A DNA stretch of 64,000 nt from contig CAWHEP010000002.1 in assembly GCA_963828525.1 (NCBI GenBank), forward strand, positions 192,001 to 256,000, read 5' to 3'. This stretch comes from an uncultured Verrucomicrobiae bacterium. Lineage in GTDB: Bacteria > Verrucomicrobiota > Verrucomicrobiia > Chthoniobacterales > Chthoniobacteraceae. Position 1 is the first letter of the stretch. Each line of letters starts with the position of its first letter. Shown one piece after another: positions 49,638-59,453 of the stretch. The position numbers and the translations under genes are program-made. Under the pieces are notes generated by a model. That model worked only from the letters and a program-made list of their open reading frames with translations, was not told where the DNA came from and did not search any database.

Positions 49638-51059
49638 TCAGTCCTCCGCCACAAACACATTTTTCACTTCCGTATATCCCTCAAGCGCCGCCATCCCGAG
49701 ATCGCGTCCCATGCCGCTTTGTTTATAGCCGCCAAAAGGCGCTTCCACATGGACGCTGGAGTGCGAGTTGATGCTGAGCACTCCGCTTTCCACGCGCCTT
49801 GCCACCCTTAAAGCGCGTTTGAGATCGCTCGTCCAGATTGACCCGCTCAGTCCGTAAGGCGAGTCATTCACCTCGCGCAGCATGTCCGCTTCATTTGTGA
49901 AAGGCCGGATGCACGCCACAGGCCCGAATATCTCCTCGCGCCATACGGCATCCGACGTTTCGCATCCCGTCACCATGGCGGGACCGAGGAAGAAGCCCCT
50001 GTTCCCGCAACGCTTTCCGCCCTCCACCACGCGCCCTTCCAGTCCGCGCGCCTCATCCAGAAATCTCACCGCGTTTTCACGCTGCCCTGCTGAGGCGAGC
50101 GGCCCCATTTCTGTCTCAGCCTCCTCGGGATCCCCCACAACGATCGCCTGGCTCGCGCGCCAGAAATGTTCCATGAACTCATCCATTGCGGCCTCTTCCA
50201 CGAAGATGCGGCTTCTGGCGCAACAGTCCTGGCCCGCGTTCGCGAAGACACTCATCGGCGACGCGAGCGCGGCCTTTTTCACATCGGCATCCGCAAAGAC
50301 GATATTTGGCGACTTCCCTCCCAGCTCCAGCGACACCCGCTTTATGTCACGCGCTGCCAACTCCATGATATGCGACCCGATCCGAGTTGACCCGGTGAAT
50401 GAGATCTTCCTTACCAGCGGATGTTGCACCAGCGCGTCACCCAGTTCGCCTCCCGCCCCGCAAAGCACCTGTAAAGCGCCTGCTGGCAGACCCGCCTCCA
50501 ACGCAAGAGCGCCGAGTCGCAAGGCGCTCAGTGGAGACAGGCTGGCTGGTTTGAGCACAACGCAATTCCCTGCCGCCAGCGCCGGAGCCACCTTCCAGCA
50601 CGCGATAGGGAAAGGAAAATTCCACGGCACAATTGCCGCCACCACTCCCATCGGCTCGCGCAGCGTGAAATCAAATCCTCCTCGTCCCACAGGAATTGTT
50701 TGTCCCCCAAACTGCGAAATGGCTCCCGCGTAATACTCGAAAATCCTCGCCCCCAGGGCCGCCTCGTCCCGGGCATCCCGTATCGGTTTTCCGACACAAC
50801 GCGTATCCAGCAGCGCGATCTCCTCCGCGCGTTCCCGTATGAGCCGGGAAAGCGTAAAGAGCGCCTCCGCCCGCTTCCCGGGAGTGAGATCCCTCCAGCA
50901 GCTTTGGAAGCAGCGGTGGGAACCCGCTACCGCGTCCTCCACGTCGCCGATCTCCGCCGTAGCCACCTCACGGAAAATCTCTTCCGTTGCGGGGTTTACC
51001 AGCGCCGCGACCCGTTCGCGGGCGCCAGACCGCTCCTCCCCGTCGATGATCAGTTTCAT
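49638..51059 (-). CDS. NAD(P)-dependent aldehyde dehydrogenase
   Basis: PWNFP, FTGST, LELGGKSP, NAGQDCCA, EEIFGPV, PFGGYKQSG. Confidence 0.96.
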   Translation of the reverse strand: MKLIIDGEERSGARERVAALVNPATEEIFREVATAEIGDVEDAVAGSHRCFQSCWRDLTPGKRAEALFTLSRLIRERAEEIALLDTRCVGKPIRDARDEAALGARIFEYYAGAISQFGGQTIPVGRGGFDFTLREPMGVVAAIVPWNFPFPIACWKVAPALAAGNCVVLKPASLSPLSALRLGALALEAGLPAGALQVLCGAGGELGDALVQHPLVRKISFTGSTRIGSHIMELAARDIKRVSLELGGKSPNIVFADADVKKAALASPMSVFANAGQDCCARSRIFVEEAAMDEFMEHFWRASQAIVVGDPEEAETEMGPLASAGQRENAVRFLDEARGLEGRVVEGGKRCGNRGFFLGPAMVTGCETSDAVWREEIFGPVACIRPFTNEADMLREVNDSPYGLSGSIWTSDLKRALRVARRVESGVLSINSHSSVHVEAPFGGYKQSGMGRDLGMAALEGYTEVKNVFVAED

Positions 51060-52180
51060 GCGTCTTGCATGGCTCTCCCATAAAGCTCCTGCAAATCCGC
51101 GCGTGTCACTGGCACTGGGTTCGTGGCGTGACAACCATCCTCGAACGCCTGCGCCGTTAAAGCTTCGATCTTCGACCGTTCCACACCGTGATTGCGCAAA
51201 CCCGGCTCTATGCCAACCTGGCTAAACAGCTTCCGCGTGGCCGCGATCGTTGCGGCGTCATCTGGATTGGTTATCCCCATGGCAATCCCTACCCGCGCGT
51301 AAAGCCCCGGCGCGCGCTCCGCGTTGAATTGCATCACCACAGGCAGACAAAGCGCGTTTGCCAGCCCATGATGCAAGCCGCACAAAGCCGACAGCGGGTG
51401 CGCCATCGAGTGAGTCGCGCCCAAATCCTTCTGGAAAGCGACACCGCCCATTGCCGCGGCCACTTGCATCAGTCCGCGCGCCTCCAGGTCTCCCCCATCC
51501 GCATGAGCCAGGGCGAGCGAGCGATTGATCAGGCGGATTCCTTCCAGCGCAATCCCATCGCAAAAAGGCTGAAACGTGGGCGATGTGTAGGATTCGATGC
51601 AATGCGTCAACGCGTCAGCGCCTGTCGCCGCCGTAAGCCGTGGTGGCAATTCCCGCGTAAACTCCGGATCCAGAATCACGAAGCTCGCCAGCAGCGACGG
51701 GTGAAACAGCACGCATTTCCGCTGTCCCATTATGATGACCGCGCTCCGCCCCACTTCGCTCCCGGTGCCCGCCGTGGTGGGGATCGCGACCAGCGGCGCG
51801 AGTCCGCTCCAGTCCAGGTTACCATCGAACAGGCGCAACGGCGCGTCTGGCCTTCGGATGAGGAGACGAACCGCCTTGCCCACGTCAAGCGCGCTTCCGC
51901 CGCCAAACGCGATGACCGCGTCGCACCCGCCTTCCGAGTAAGCGCGAAAGGCAGCCTCCACGTCCTCCTCCGCCGGGTTCGCGCGCGCGTCGGAGAAAAC
52001 ACGAAATTCCACCTCGCCTAAAGCAGCTTCCAACAGCTTGAACGCCGCTGTAGTACTGAGCCCGGCGTCAGTCACCACCAGCGGTCGGGAGCTTCCAAGC
52101 GCGGCTAACCGCGCTCGCAGCTCATCGCGCGCGCCCTTGCCAAAGAGGGTCGGGGTCGGAAAGGAAAACGTCGCTGCCAT
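51056..52180 (-). CDS. Iron-containing alcohol dehydrogenase
   Basis: GGGSALDVGK, PTTAGTGSE, DALTHCIE, HSMAH, HHGLAN. Confidence 0.95.
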   Translation of the reverse strand: MAATFSFPTPTLFGKGARDELRARLAALGSSRPLVVTDAGLSTTAAFKLLEAALGEVEFRVFSDARANPAEEDVEAAFRAYSEGGCDAVIAFGGGSALDVGKAVRLLIRRPDAPLRLFDGNLDWSGLAPLVAIPTTAGTGSEVGRSAVIIMGQRKCVLFHPSLLASFVILDPEFTRELPPRLTAATGADALTHCIESYTSPTFQPFCDGIALEGIRLINRSLALAHADGGDLEARGLMQVAAAMGGVAFQKDLGATHSMAHPLSALCGLHHGLANALCLPVVMQFNAERAPGLYARVGIAMGITNPDDAATIAATRKLFSQVGIEPGLRNHGVERSKIEALTAQAFEDGCHATNPVPVTRADLQELYGRAMQDA

Positions 52181-52307
52181 AACGTCCCGGGATGTTATCG
52201 CAAAGCGGGAGCGTTGTCATCGGTTCGACGTCCCGCGCCGCTATATTCTTTTGGTTGCCCGCGTCCCCGCTATATTCCAGTGTGACCCTCCATTAATTCC
52301 CCCTTGA

Positions 52308-52871
52308 ATGGCCTTTCCTGAAGAGTTCTACATCCACCTCGACGGAGAGCAAAAAGGCCCATACACCTTCCTGCAGCTAAAGCAGCTCTATGACCGGGGC
52401 TTCATCCCCGAGGAGTCCCTTTACTGGCGCGATGGCCTCGAACAGTGGCAGCCCGTGTCGGACATCTGCGGCCCCTCCCTGCGTCTTCGCGTCGAGAAGA
52501 AGCAGCGCAAAAAGATGGTGTCCATGATCGTCGTTGGAGCCATCGCCGGTGCTGCCGCGTTCTTCGCCCCGCTTATACGCGTTGGCTGGAAAGAAACCAA
52601 CGAACACGAGTTCACCGCCGAATCCGCTTACTGGAAAGCGCGCGGGCTCGTCCGCGAGGAGGTAAAAAGCAAGCGCGCCAATATCCATTTCGATGGATTT
52701 GACCCAACTTTCGTCACCCTCCAGGAAAAGAGCGGAGCCGCGTCAGTCTCGCTCCCCTGCACCTTCTTTCCGGAAGCAGGCGGCAGCAGGCGCGCCCGGT
52801 GGCAGGTGGCGATGCGCTTCGAATCCCGCGCCTCTGAATGGCTCCCCGTAGAAAGCCATGAGCTTCGCTAG
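52308..52871 (+). CDS. GYF_2 (DUF4339) domain membrane protein
   Basis: YI..DGEQKGPY...SLYWRDGLEQWQP, then one TM helix. Confidence 0.85.
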   Translation: MAFPEEFYIHLDGEQKGPYTFLQLKQLYDRGFIPEESLYWRDGLEQWQPVSDICGPSLRLRVEKKQRKKMVSMIVVGAIAGAAAFFAPLIRVGWKETNEHEFTAESAYWKARGLVREEVKSKRANIHFDGFDPTFVTLQEKSGAASVSLPCTFFPEAGGSRRARWQVAMRFESRASEWLPVESHELR

Positions 52872-53143
52872 GAGACTGTTGAAGAACCGGGGCATGTCGC
52901 GTTGCTGCCGATTTTTGAGTTGGGCAAGGCGCGAGGAGCGAGCATATCCGCAGTGATCTGTAAGTGACGAGCAACGCTGCACAACTCAAAAAGCGGCGCA
53001 ACCCGAAGGGCGAGAGCAATTTTGGGCGTCTTGCAGGGTTGCTCGCTTCTTGCAGACCGCAGCGGGTATGCGCTCCACTTGCGCCTTGCCATACGCCTAA
53101 AATTGCTCTTGCGCGGCATGTCGCAGTTCTTCAACAGTCTCCT
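52870..53143. mobile_element. 274-bp palindromic MITE / REP-like non-autonomous element
   Basis: Perfect 18-bp terminal inverted repeats AGGAGACTGTTGAAGAAC / GTTCTTCAACAGTCTCCT; extensive internal inverted repeats; no credible ORF. Confidence 0.85.
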
Positions 53144-53155
53144 CGGGCCTGCTCT

Positions 53156-53317
53156 TTAATGCCCCGTGTCGTTTAAGTAGTTGTGGTAGAACTGCCGGTC
53201 TTCGTTCTCCACCTTCGGGTGCATCCACCCGTGGTAATAAAAATCCCGATCCTCGGGATCAACCGAGCATCCGCCCAGCACAAGCAGTAGCAGCAGCAAA
53301 GCAGGCATGCGTTTCAT
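53156..53317 (-). CDS. 53-aa lipoprotein (below ORF-track cutoff)
   Basis: MKRMPALLLLLLVLGGC lipobox; mature part SVDPEDRDFYYHGWMHPKVENEDRQFYHNYLNDTGH. Confidence 0.7.
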   Translation of the reverse strand: MKRMPALLLLLLVLGGCSVDPEDRDFYYHGWMHPKVENEDRQFYHNYLNDTGH

Positions 53318-53419
53318 AGTGGAAACAGCGGCGATATGAATTTATGGTTCACCACTCCAAAACATCTGCATTTCGCCGCATTTGGCAAATCGTTGACGCT
53401 CCACGCAGAACCCATCCCC

Positions 53420-53881
53420 TTGAGATTCCCCGTTCTTACACCATCCCTCCCACTCCTCCGCGCGGGCGCGGCGATGCTGGCGTTCGCGGGCGGTTTTCTT
53501 CCCTCCGTTTGCGGGGCGGACGAGGCCGTCAAGAACGCCAAGGTCGAGGAAATGCGCAGGGAGGAGAAAGTGGCCGCTGATGTGTTCGCGCTCATGCGTG
53601 TCGATTTCCTCCCGGAGAAAGCTCGCGGGATGCATGCCCGCTTCCAATTCAAGATCAGCGGCCCTAACGGAGGCAACTGGTGGCTCATCGTCAACGACGG
53701 CAAGATGAGGCTCGAGCGCGGAACCATCGAAGCGCCCGACGTCACTATCTCCGCGAGTGACAGAGACTGGGTGCTGCTCTCGCAGGGCAACCTCAACGGC
53801 GCTATAGCGTATCTCACGGGACGCCTGGGGGTGAAGGGCGACAGCGATCTCGCGCACAAGCTGGATGATCTATATCCGTAA
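53420..53881 (+). CDS. SCP2 sterol/lipid-binding domain protein, probable signal peptide
   Basis: FQFKISGPNGGNWWLIV.DG...PDVTI...AYLTGRLGVKGD.DLA.KL; start uncertain. Confidence 0.85.
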   Translation: MRFPVLTPSLPLLRAGAAMLAFAGGFLPSVCGADEAVKNAKVEEMRREEKVAADVFALMRVDFLPEKARGMHARFQFKISGPNGGNWWLIVNDGKMRLERGTIEAPDVTISASDRDWVLLSQGNLNGAIAYLTGRLGVKGDSDLAHKLDDLYP

Positions 53882-53936
53882 ACCGTTCGCCCGCCTTGCG
53901 AACAGGTTCCCCTTGCGGGAAGATGCTTCTCCTTAG

Positions 53937-55545
53937 ATGAAGCACGAGATCGCCAGGCGGCGCGCGTTCGCCATCATTTCGCATCCAGATGCGGGCAAGA
54001 CCACTCTCACCGAGAAGCTCTTGCTCTATGGCGGAGCCGTCCAGCTCGCGGGCTCCGTTTCCTCGCGAAAATCCGCCCGCGCCGCGACCTCCGACTGGAT
54101 GGAACTCGAGCGCAAGCGCGGCATCTCCATCAGTTCCACCGTTCTCCAGTTCGATTACCGCGGCTTCCGAATGAACCTGCTCGACACCCCGGGCCATAAG
54201 GATTTCTCCGAGGATACATACCGCGTCCTGACCGCCGTGGACGCAGTCGTGATGGTTATCGACGCTGGCAAGGGCATTGAGACGCAGACACGCAAACTGT
54301 TTGAAGTCTGCCGCCGCCGTGGCGTGCCGATCTTCACCTTCATGAACAAGCTGCGATCGCCCCTCCCGGGATCCTCTCGCCCTTTTGGACGAACTCGAAA
54401 GCGTCCTCGGCATCGGCGCTTTCCCTGTCAACTGGCCGCTCGGAGCTGGCTCCGGGTTCAAGGGTGTTTATGATCGCCAGACCAAGTCAGTGCATCTTTT
54501 CGAGCGCACTCGCGAGGGAGCATACCGGGCGCCTGTCACCATCACGAGCCTGGGCGACCCCATCGTCCGCGACAAGCTCGACGAGGGTGACTACGCGCGT
54601 GTCGTCGAGGAACTCGAGATGCTGGAGCTTGCCGGAAAGGAATATTCCGAAGCCGAGGTTTTGTCGGGCGCGCTCACGCCGGTTTTCTTTGGCAGCGCGA
54701 TGAATAACTTCGGCGTCCAGTTGCTTCTGGACTCCTTCCTGGATCGATCCTCGCCCCCGTCTGCCCGCCGCGCCGGAGACCGCATGGTCGCCCCGGATGA
54801 TCCCGCTTTCTCAGGCTTCGTATTTAAAATCCAGGCAAACATGGATCCGAAACACCGCGACCGCATCGCTTTCGTGCGGGTCTGCTCCGGTCGCTTCCAG
54901 CGCGATATGCTCGTGACCCATGTCCAATCGGGCAAAAGAGTGCGCCTCTCCAGTTCTCACAAGCTTTTCGGGCAGGAACGCGAGACCATCGACGAAGCTT
55001 TCCCGGGCGACATCGTCGGCCTGGTTGGCCACGCCGAGTTCGGCATTGGCGACACGCTCAGTGAGGATGGCACCGTCAGCTACGATGAGATTCCCCGCTT
55101 CCCTCCGGAATGTTTCGCCCATTTGCAAAACCCGAATCCTTCGAAGTTCAAGCAGTTCCGCAAGGGTGTGGATCAATTGCTGCAGGAAGGCGTCGTCCAG
55201 GTGTTTCATCTTCGCGACTCTGGACAGCGAGTGCCCCTCCTTGCCGCTGTGGGGCCGCTCCAGTTCGAGGTCGTCCAGTATCGCCTTGAGTCCGAATACG
55301 GAGCCGAATCCAGGTTGGAGACCACCCCATGGTCGCTGCTAAAATGGCTGCGCGCGGGCACGACGCCGGAGCAGCTCAAGGAACTTCGCCTTCCCACCGG
55401 TTGCAGGGTGGCGAGGGATTGCGAGGAACAGCCTGTCGTCCTCTTCCCGAGTGATTGGACGCTGGACTATTTCAAAAAACAAAATCCCGGCGAAGAGTTG
55501 TTTGATGTCTCGGCGGATTCAAAAGACAGCGTCCTCGCTCATTGA
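53937..55545 (+). CDS. prfC: Peptide chain release factor 3; +1 frameshift at ~54351
   Basis: [25 protein letters not shown]|(C/L)DRP..DELE restored by removing one base; [20 protein letters not shown]. Confidence 0.95.
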
Positions 55546-56267
55546 CCGTGAACGTCACCCTCTTCATCCCCTGCTTCGTGGATATGTGCTATCCAAAGGT
55601 TGGGATCAGCATCGTCCAGATCTTGGAGCGCCTCGGCCATACCGTGTCATGTCCCGAGGATGTCATCTGCTGCGGCCAGCCGGCTTTCAACTCCGGTTAC
55701 TGGGATGAAGCGCGGACCGTGGCTTCCAAGGTGCTCGACCGGCTGGAGAGCGCGGAAGTCGTGGTGATCGCCTCCGGCTCCTGTGGAGCGATGCTCAAGG
55801 TCTTCTACCCGCAACTGTTTGAGAAGACTTCCCGCGCCGCCGCCGCCCAGCGGCTCGCAAGCCGGACCCATGAGTTTTCTGACTTCCTCGTAAATGAACT
55901 GGGCGTCACGGAGCTGGGCGCCCGCTTCCCGGCCAAAGTCACCATCCACGATGGTTGCCACGGCCTCCGCGAGTTGGGAACCGCGAAACTGCCGCCGCGA
56001 AAACTGCTCGCGAATGTCGAGGGGCTCGAACTTGTCGAGATGGCCGAGGCGGAAACCTGCTGCGGCTTTGGAGGCGCGTTTGCCGCCAAGTTCCCCATGA
56101 TCTCCACCGCCATGGGCGAGGTGAAATGCGCCTCTGCCATTGAATCCGGCGCGGAATATATCGTCTCAAATGACTCCAGTTGCCTCATGCACGTCCAGGG
56201 CATCCTGGATCGCGAAGGCAGGAAGATGAAAACCATCCACCTGGCTGAGGTGCTCGCCAGTTCATGA
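55542..56267 (+). CDS. lutA: Lactate utilization protein A (CCG Fe-S)
   Basis: CCGQPAFNSG, SGSC, HDGCH, CCGFGG, SSCLMH. Confidence 0.9.
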   Translation: MTVNVTLFIPCFVDMCYPKVGISIVQILERLGHTVSCPEDVICCGQPAFNSGYWDEARTVASKVLDRLESAEVVVIASGSCGAMLKVFYPQLFEKTSRAAAAQRLASRTHEFSDFLVNELGVTELGARFPAKVTIHDGCHGLRELGTAKLPPRKLLANVEGLELVEMAEAETCCGFGGAFAAKFPMISTAMGEVKCASAIESGAEYIVSNDSSCLMHVQGILDREGRKMKTIHLAEVLASS

Positions 56268-57658
56268 TGCTCTTCTCGCGCCAGTTCAGGAGGGATGCCG
56301 TCAAGATCACCCGCGATTTGCGCCACAGATCGCTGATCCAGGTCGCGCTCAAAAAATACGAGGTCGCGCGCGACGCCCGCAAAGCGAAGTTCCAGAACTG
56401 GCAGGAAGCTCGCAACGCCGGCGCGGAAACAAAGTGGGAGGCGATAAACCATCTCGACACTTACCTCGTTGAGTTCGCTCGAAAACTCGAGGCGCGCGGC
56501 GGGCGGGTCCACTGGGCTGGCACAGGCGAGCAGGCTCGGGAGATCATCCTCGGCATCCTCCGGGAAAAAAACGCGCGCTCCATCATCAAGTCGAAGGTGA
56601 TGACGGGCGAGGAAATCCACCTGAACGACGCGCTGGAAAAAGCCGGGTTCAATGTCGTGGAATCCGACCTCGGCGAATACATCGTCCAGCTTCGGCGCGA
56701 GCCTCCCTACCACTTTGTCTTTCCAGCCATGCATCTCACCCGCGGGGAGATCAGCGCGCTTTTTGAGAAGGAACTTGGCTCCGCCGCCACAGATAGCCCC
56801 GAGGAGCTGACGCTCATCGCCCGCAAAGTGATGCGGGAAAAGTATCTCACCGCCGATGTCGGCATCAGCGGCGCGAACTTTGCCATTGCCGAGACGGGGA
56901 TGATCTCGATCACCGAGAACGAGGGCAACGCCCGCCTCACGTGCGCCCTGCCCAAGGTGCATATCGCCCTCATGGGAATCGAAAAGGTGCTCCCGAAGCT
57001 CGACGATCTCGCCCTCTTCCTGCCCCTCCTAGGCACGGCTGGCGCTGGCCAGGCGCTCACTTGCTACAATTCGATGTACGGAGGCCCGCGCCAGCCCGGC
57101 GAGAGCGATGGGCCGGACGAGTTCCATGTCGTGCTGCTCGACAACAAGCGCACCCACCTGCTCGCCGATCCCGAGCAGCGCGACGCCCTCCACTGTATCC
57201 GCTGCGGCGCGTGCCTAAACGTCTGCCCCATTTACAAGAACATCGGCGGCCACGCTTACGGCACCACCTATCAGGGTCCTATTGGCGCTGTCATCACCCC
57301 CCACCTGCGCGGGTTGCAGGATTGGAAGCATCTCTCTGGCGCTTCCTCCCTCTGCGGAGCCTGCACCGAAGCGTGCCCTGTGAAGATCGACCTCCACCAT
57401 CACCTCCTGCAAAACAGGAGGAACGCCGCCATGCAAAAGCCCGTCTGGTGGGAGAAGACCGCGTTCAAGTTCTTCGCCGTTCTCATGAACAACGCCGGGC
57501 TCTACGCGCTCTCAAAGCCGCTCGCCCGTCTGGGACAAGTATTTCACCCTCTCATCAAGGGCACCCGGCTGGATCCCGCCTATGCATGGACCCACTCCCG
57601 GGAACTGCCGAAAGTCGCCTCTCAGACCTTTAAGGAATATTGGCGCTCCAGGAAATGA
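56264..57658 (+). CDS. lutB: Lactate utilization protein B (Fe-S)
   Basis: ESDLGEYIVQL, ENEGN, CIRCGACLNVCP, SSLCGACTEACPVKI. Confidence 0.93.
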   Translation: MMLFSRQFRRDAVKITRDLRHRSLIQVALKKYEVARDARKAKFQNWQEARNAGAETKWEAINHLDTYLVEFARKLEARGGRVHWAGTGEQAREIILGILREKNARSIIKSKVMTGEEIHLNDALEKAGFNVVESDLGEYIVQLRREPPYHFVFPAMHLTRGEISALFEKELGSAATDSPEELTLIARKVMREKYLTADVGISGANFAIAETGMISITENEGNARLTCALPKVHIALMGIEKVLPKLDDLALFLPLLGTAGAGQALTCYNSMYGGPRQPGESDGPDEFHVVLLDNKRTHLLADPEQRDALHCIRCGACLNVCPIYKNIGGHAYGTTYQGPIGAVITPHLRGLQDWKHLSGASSLCGACTEACPVKIDLHHHLLQNRRNAAMQKPVWWEKTAFKFFAVLMNNAGLYALSKPLARLGQVFHPLIKGTRLDPAYAWTHSRELPKVASQTFKEYWRSRK

Positions 57659-58344
57659 GTGAGGAACAGAAAATCCTGGGCAGGATTCGCGAAGCCCTCA
57701 GGGAGCCCGCGCCGAAACCAGGCGCGCATGGACATCGCCCGGCGGGAGACTCTATCGACTCCCAGCCTCCCAGACTCGTCTCGGATTGGCTGCCCATCGT
57801 TGGCCCCAGTTTCGAAGAGCGCGTGGAGTTGTTTGCCTCCAATTCACTCGATCTCAAAACAGACTTCCGCCTTCTCAACAATTTCGACGAAATGACGGCG
57901 GCGCTCCGCCAGATCGCCGAAAGCGAAGGCTGGAAGAAAGTAGGCGCCCACGCGGGAGAGTTGACCACGCCGGCAACTGACGCTCTGGGCCTGCCGGTCT
58001 GTTCCACCACCGCTGCTTACGATGTGAAAGAACTGGAGTCATGCGACGCCGGCATCAGCGAATGCGATGCTCTCATCGCGCAGACTGGCAGTATCCTCGT
58101 ATCCACGCGCAGTGCCGGTGGCCGCGCGCTCTCGGTGCTGCCTCCGCATCACATTGTCCTGGGCAGGCGCGAGCAACTGGTCCCCGATCTCTCCGAAGCC
58201 ATCCTCCGCCTAAAGCAGAAATACGCCCCCGAGTATCCGAGCTTCTTCTCATTCATCACTGGCCCGAGCCGCACCGGCGACATCGAGCGCATCCTGGTGC
58301 TCGGAGCCCACGGGCCTCGCAGACTTACCGTGCTGTGTTACTGA
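57655..58344 (+). CDS. lutC: Lactate utilization protein C (LUD domain)
   Basis: AQTGS, GRALSVLP, ITGPSRTGDIE..LVLGAHGP. Confidence 0.92.
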   Translation: MSEEQKILGRIREALREPAPKPGAHGHRPAGDSIDSQPPRLVSDWLPIVGPSFEERVELFASNSLDLKTDFRLLNNFDEMTAALRQIAESEGWKKVGAHAGELTTPATDALGLPVCSTTAAYDVKELESCDAGISECDALIAQTGSILVSTRSAGGRALSVLPPHHIVLGRREQLVPDLSEAILRLKQKYAPEYPSFFSFITGPSRTGDIERILVLGAHGPRRLTVLCY

Positions 58345-58381
58345 AATCCGCTCAGACTGCTCCGACCCGCCTGGCCAGGTC

Positions 58382-59327
58382 TTAGCGCATAAAACCCGCC
58401 GCGCTAAGCCAGCGCCCAGCCTTGTAGAGCCACCCTCCCGGAGGGCCGCTGTTAGACGGCCACGCGTTATCAGTGCGAGCGGGTTCGTACCGCCCGCTGC
58501 TGATGTTATACTGACTTGGCCCAAACCCAAATCCGTGTCCCCCGTGAGGGTATTCCTGGATGGCGGACTTCACGCCAGCCTTTTGCAGCGCGGCATACAT
58601 CAGTCGGCTGTTGGCGATCGGAACAGCCGCGTCATCCACGGCGTAGATGAGGAGCGTGGGCGGCGTCTGCGGCGTAACCTGCGTCTCGTTCGAAAGACTG
58701 TCCACCAACGCCGCTTCTGGGTTCATTCCGAGCAGGTTCCGTTTGCTCCCTTGATGCGTGATCCCGTCGCGCATACTGATCACCGGATAAACCAGCACCG
58801 CAAAGTCCGGGCGGCAACTCAGCGCTATCCGTCTCGTCCTCCGCTTTCATAACCCGGGTGTCGAAATGCGTCTCCAGGGTCGATGCAAGGTGCCCTCCAG
58901 CCGAGAAACCCATCACGCCGACTTTCGTCACATCGATATTCCACTCCGCGGATCGACTGCGGATCAGCCTCATTGCCCGCTGCGCGTCAAGCAGAGGCAC
59001 AGGATGCCGATACCCCTTCGCGGGAAGGCGGTACTTCAGGACGAACCCCGCCACCCCATTACCTTGAAACCATCGCGCCTCGTTAGTCCCTTCCCTCTCC
59101 ATCGACAGTTTGCCATACGCCCCGCCCGGGCAGATGAGGACCGCGGGTGTGGCAGCCCCTGCGCTCGCGGGCAGGAACACCGTCACGGTTGGAACATCAT
59201 CCGGCCCGCTCCCATGGCTCATCGGAGCGGGCCCGTCCCAAAGCGGAACGACCGTTTCCGCCCAGGCGGTAACCGCCAGAGCGAACGCGATCAGGACAGA
59301 AGCGGAACAGGAATAAAGCAAACGCAT
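58382..59327 (-). CDS. Secreted alpha/beta-hydrolase (acetyl/carbohydrate esterase-like); +1 frameshift at ~58826
   Basis: CPGGAY, YRLP, GFSAGGH nucleophile; after shift SCRPDFAVLVYPVI, DDAAV, GGHGFG. Confidence 0.88.
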
Positions 59328-59453
59328 CCCGGGAGGATTTTCAGAACTGATGTAGAAGATGCCCAACCCGGCCGACCAAGTCAAAGCCCCTCCCGGCAGA
59401 AAGACTCCGATCTTGACTCATCCCCACACCCCTGACACAACGCCCCTTCGTCG

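Noticed and set aside
52222..52280. Direct repeat CCGCTATATTC x2 upstream of the GYF_2 gene
   Set aside because: Most simply tandem -10-like promoter elements; too short to support a further claim.
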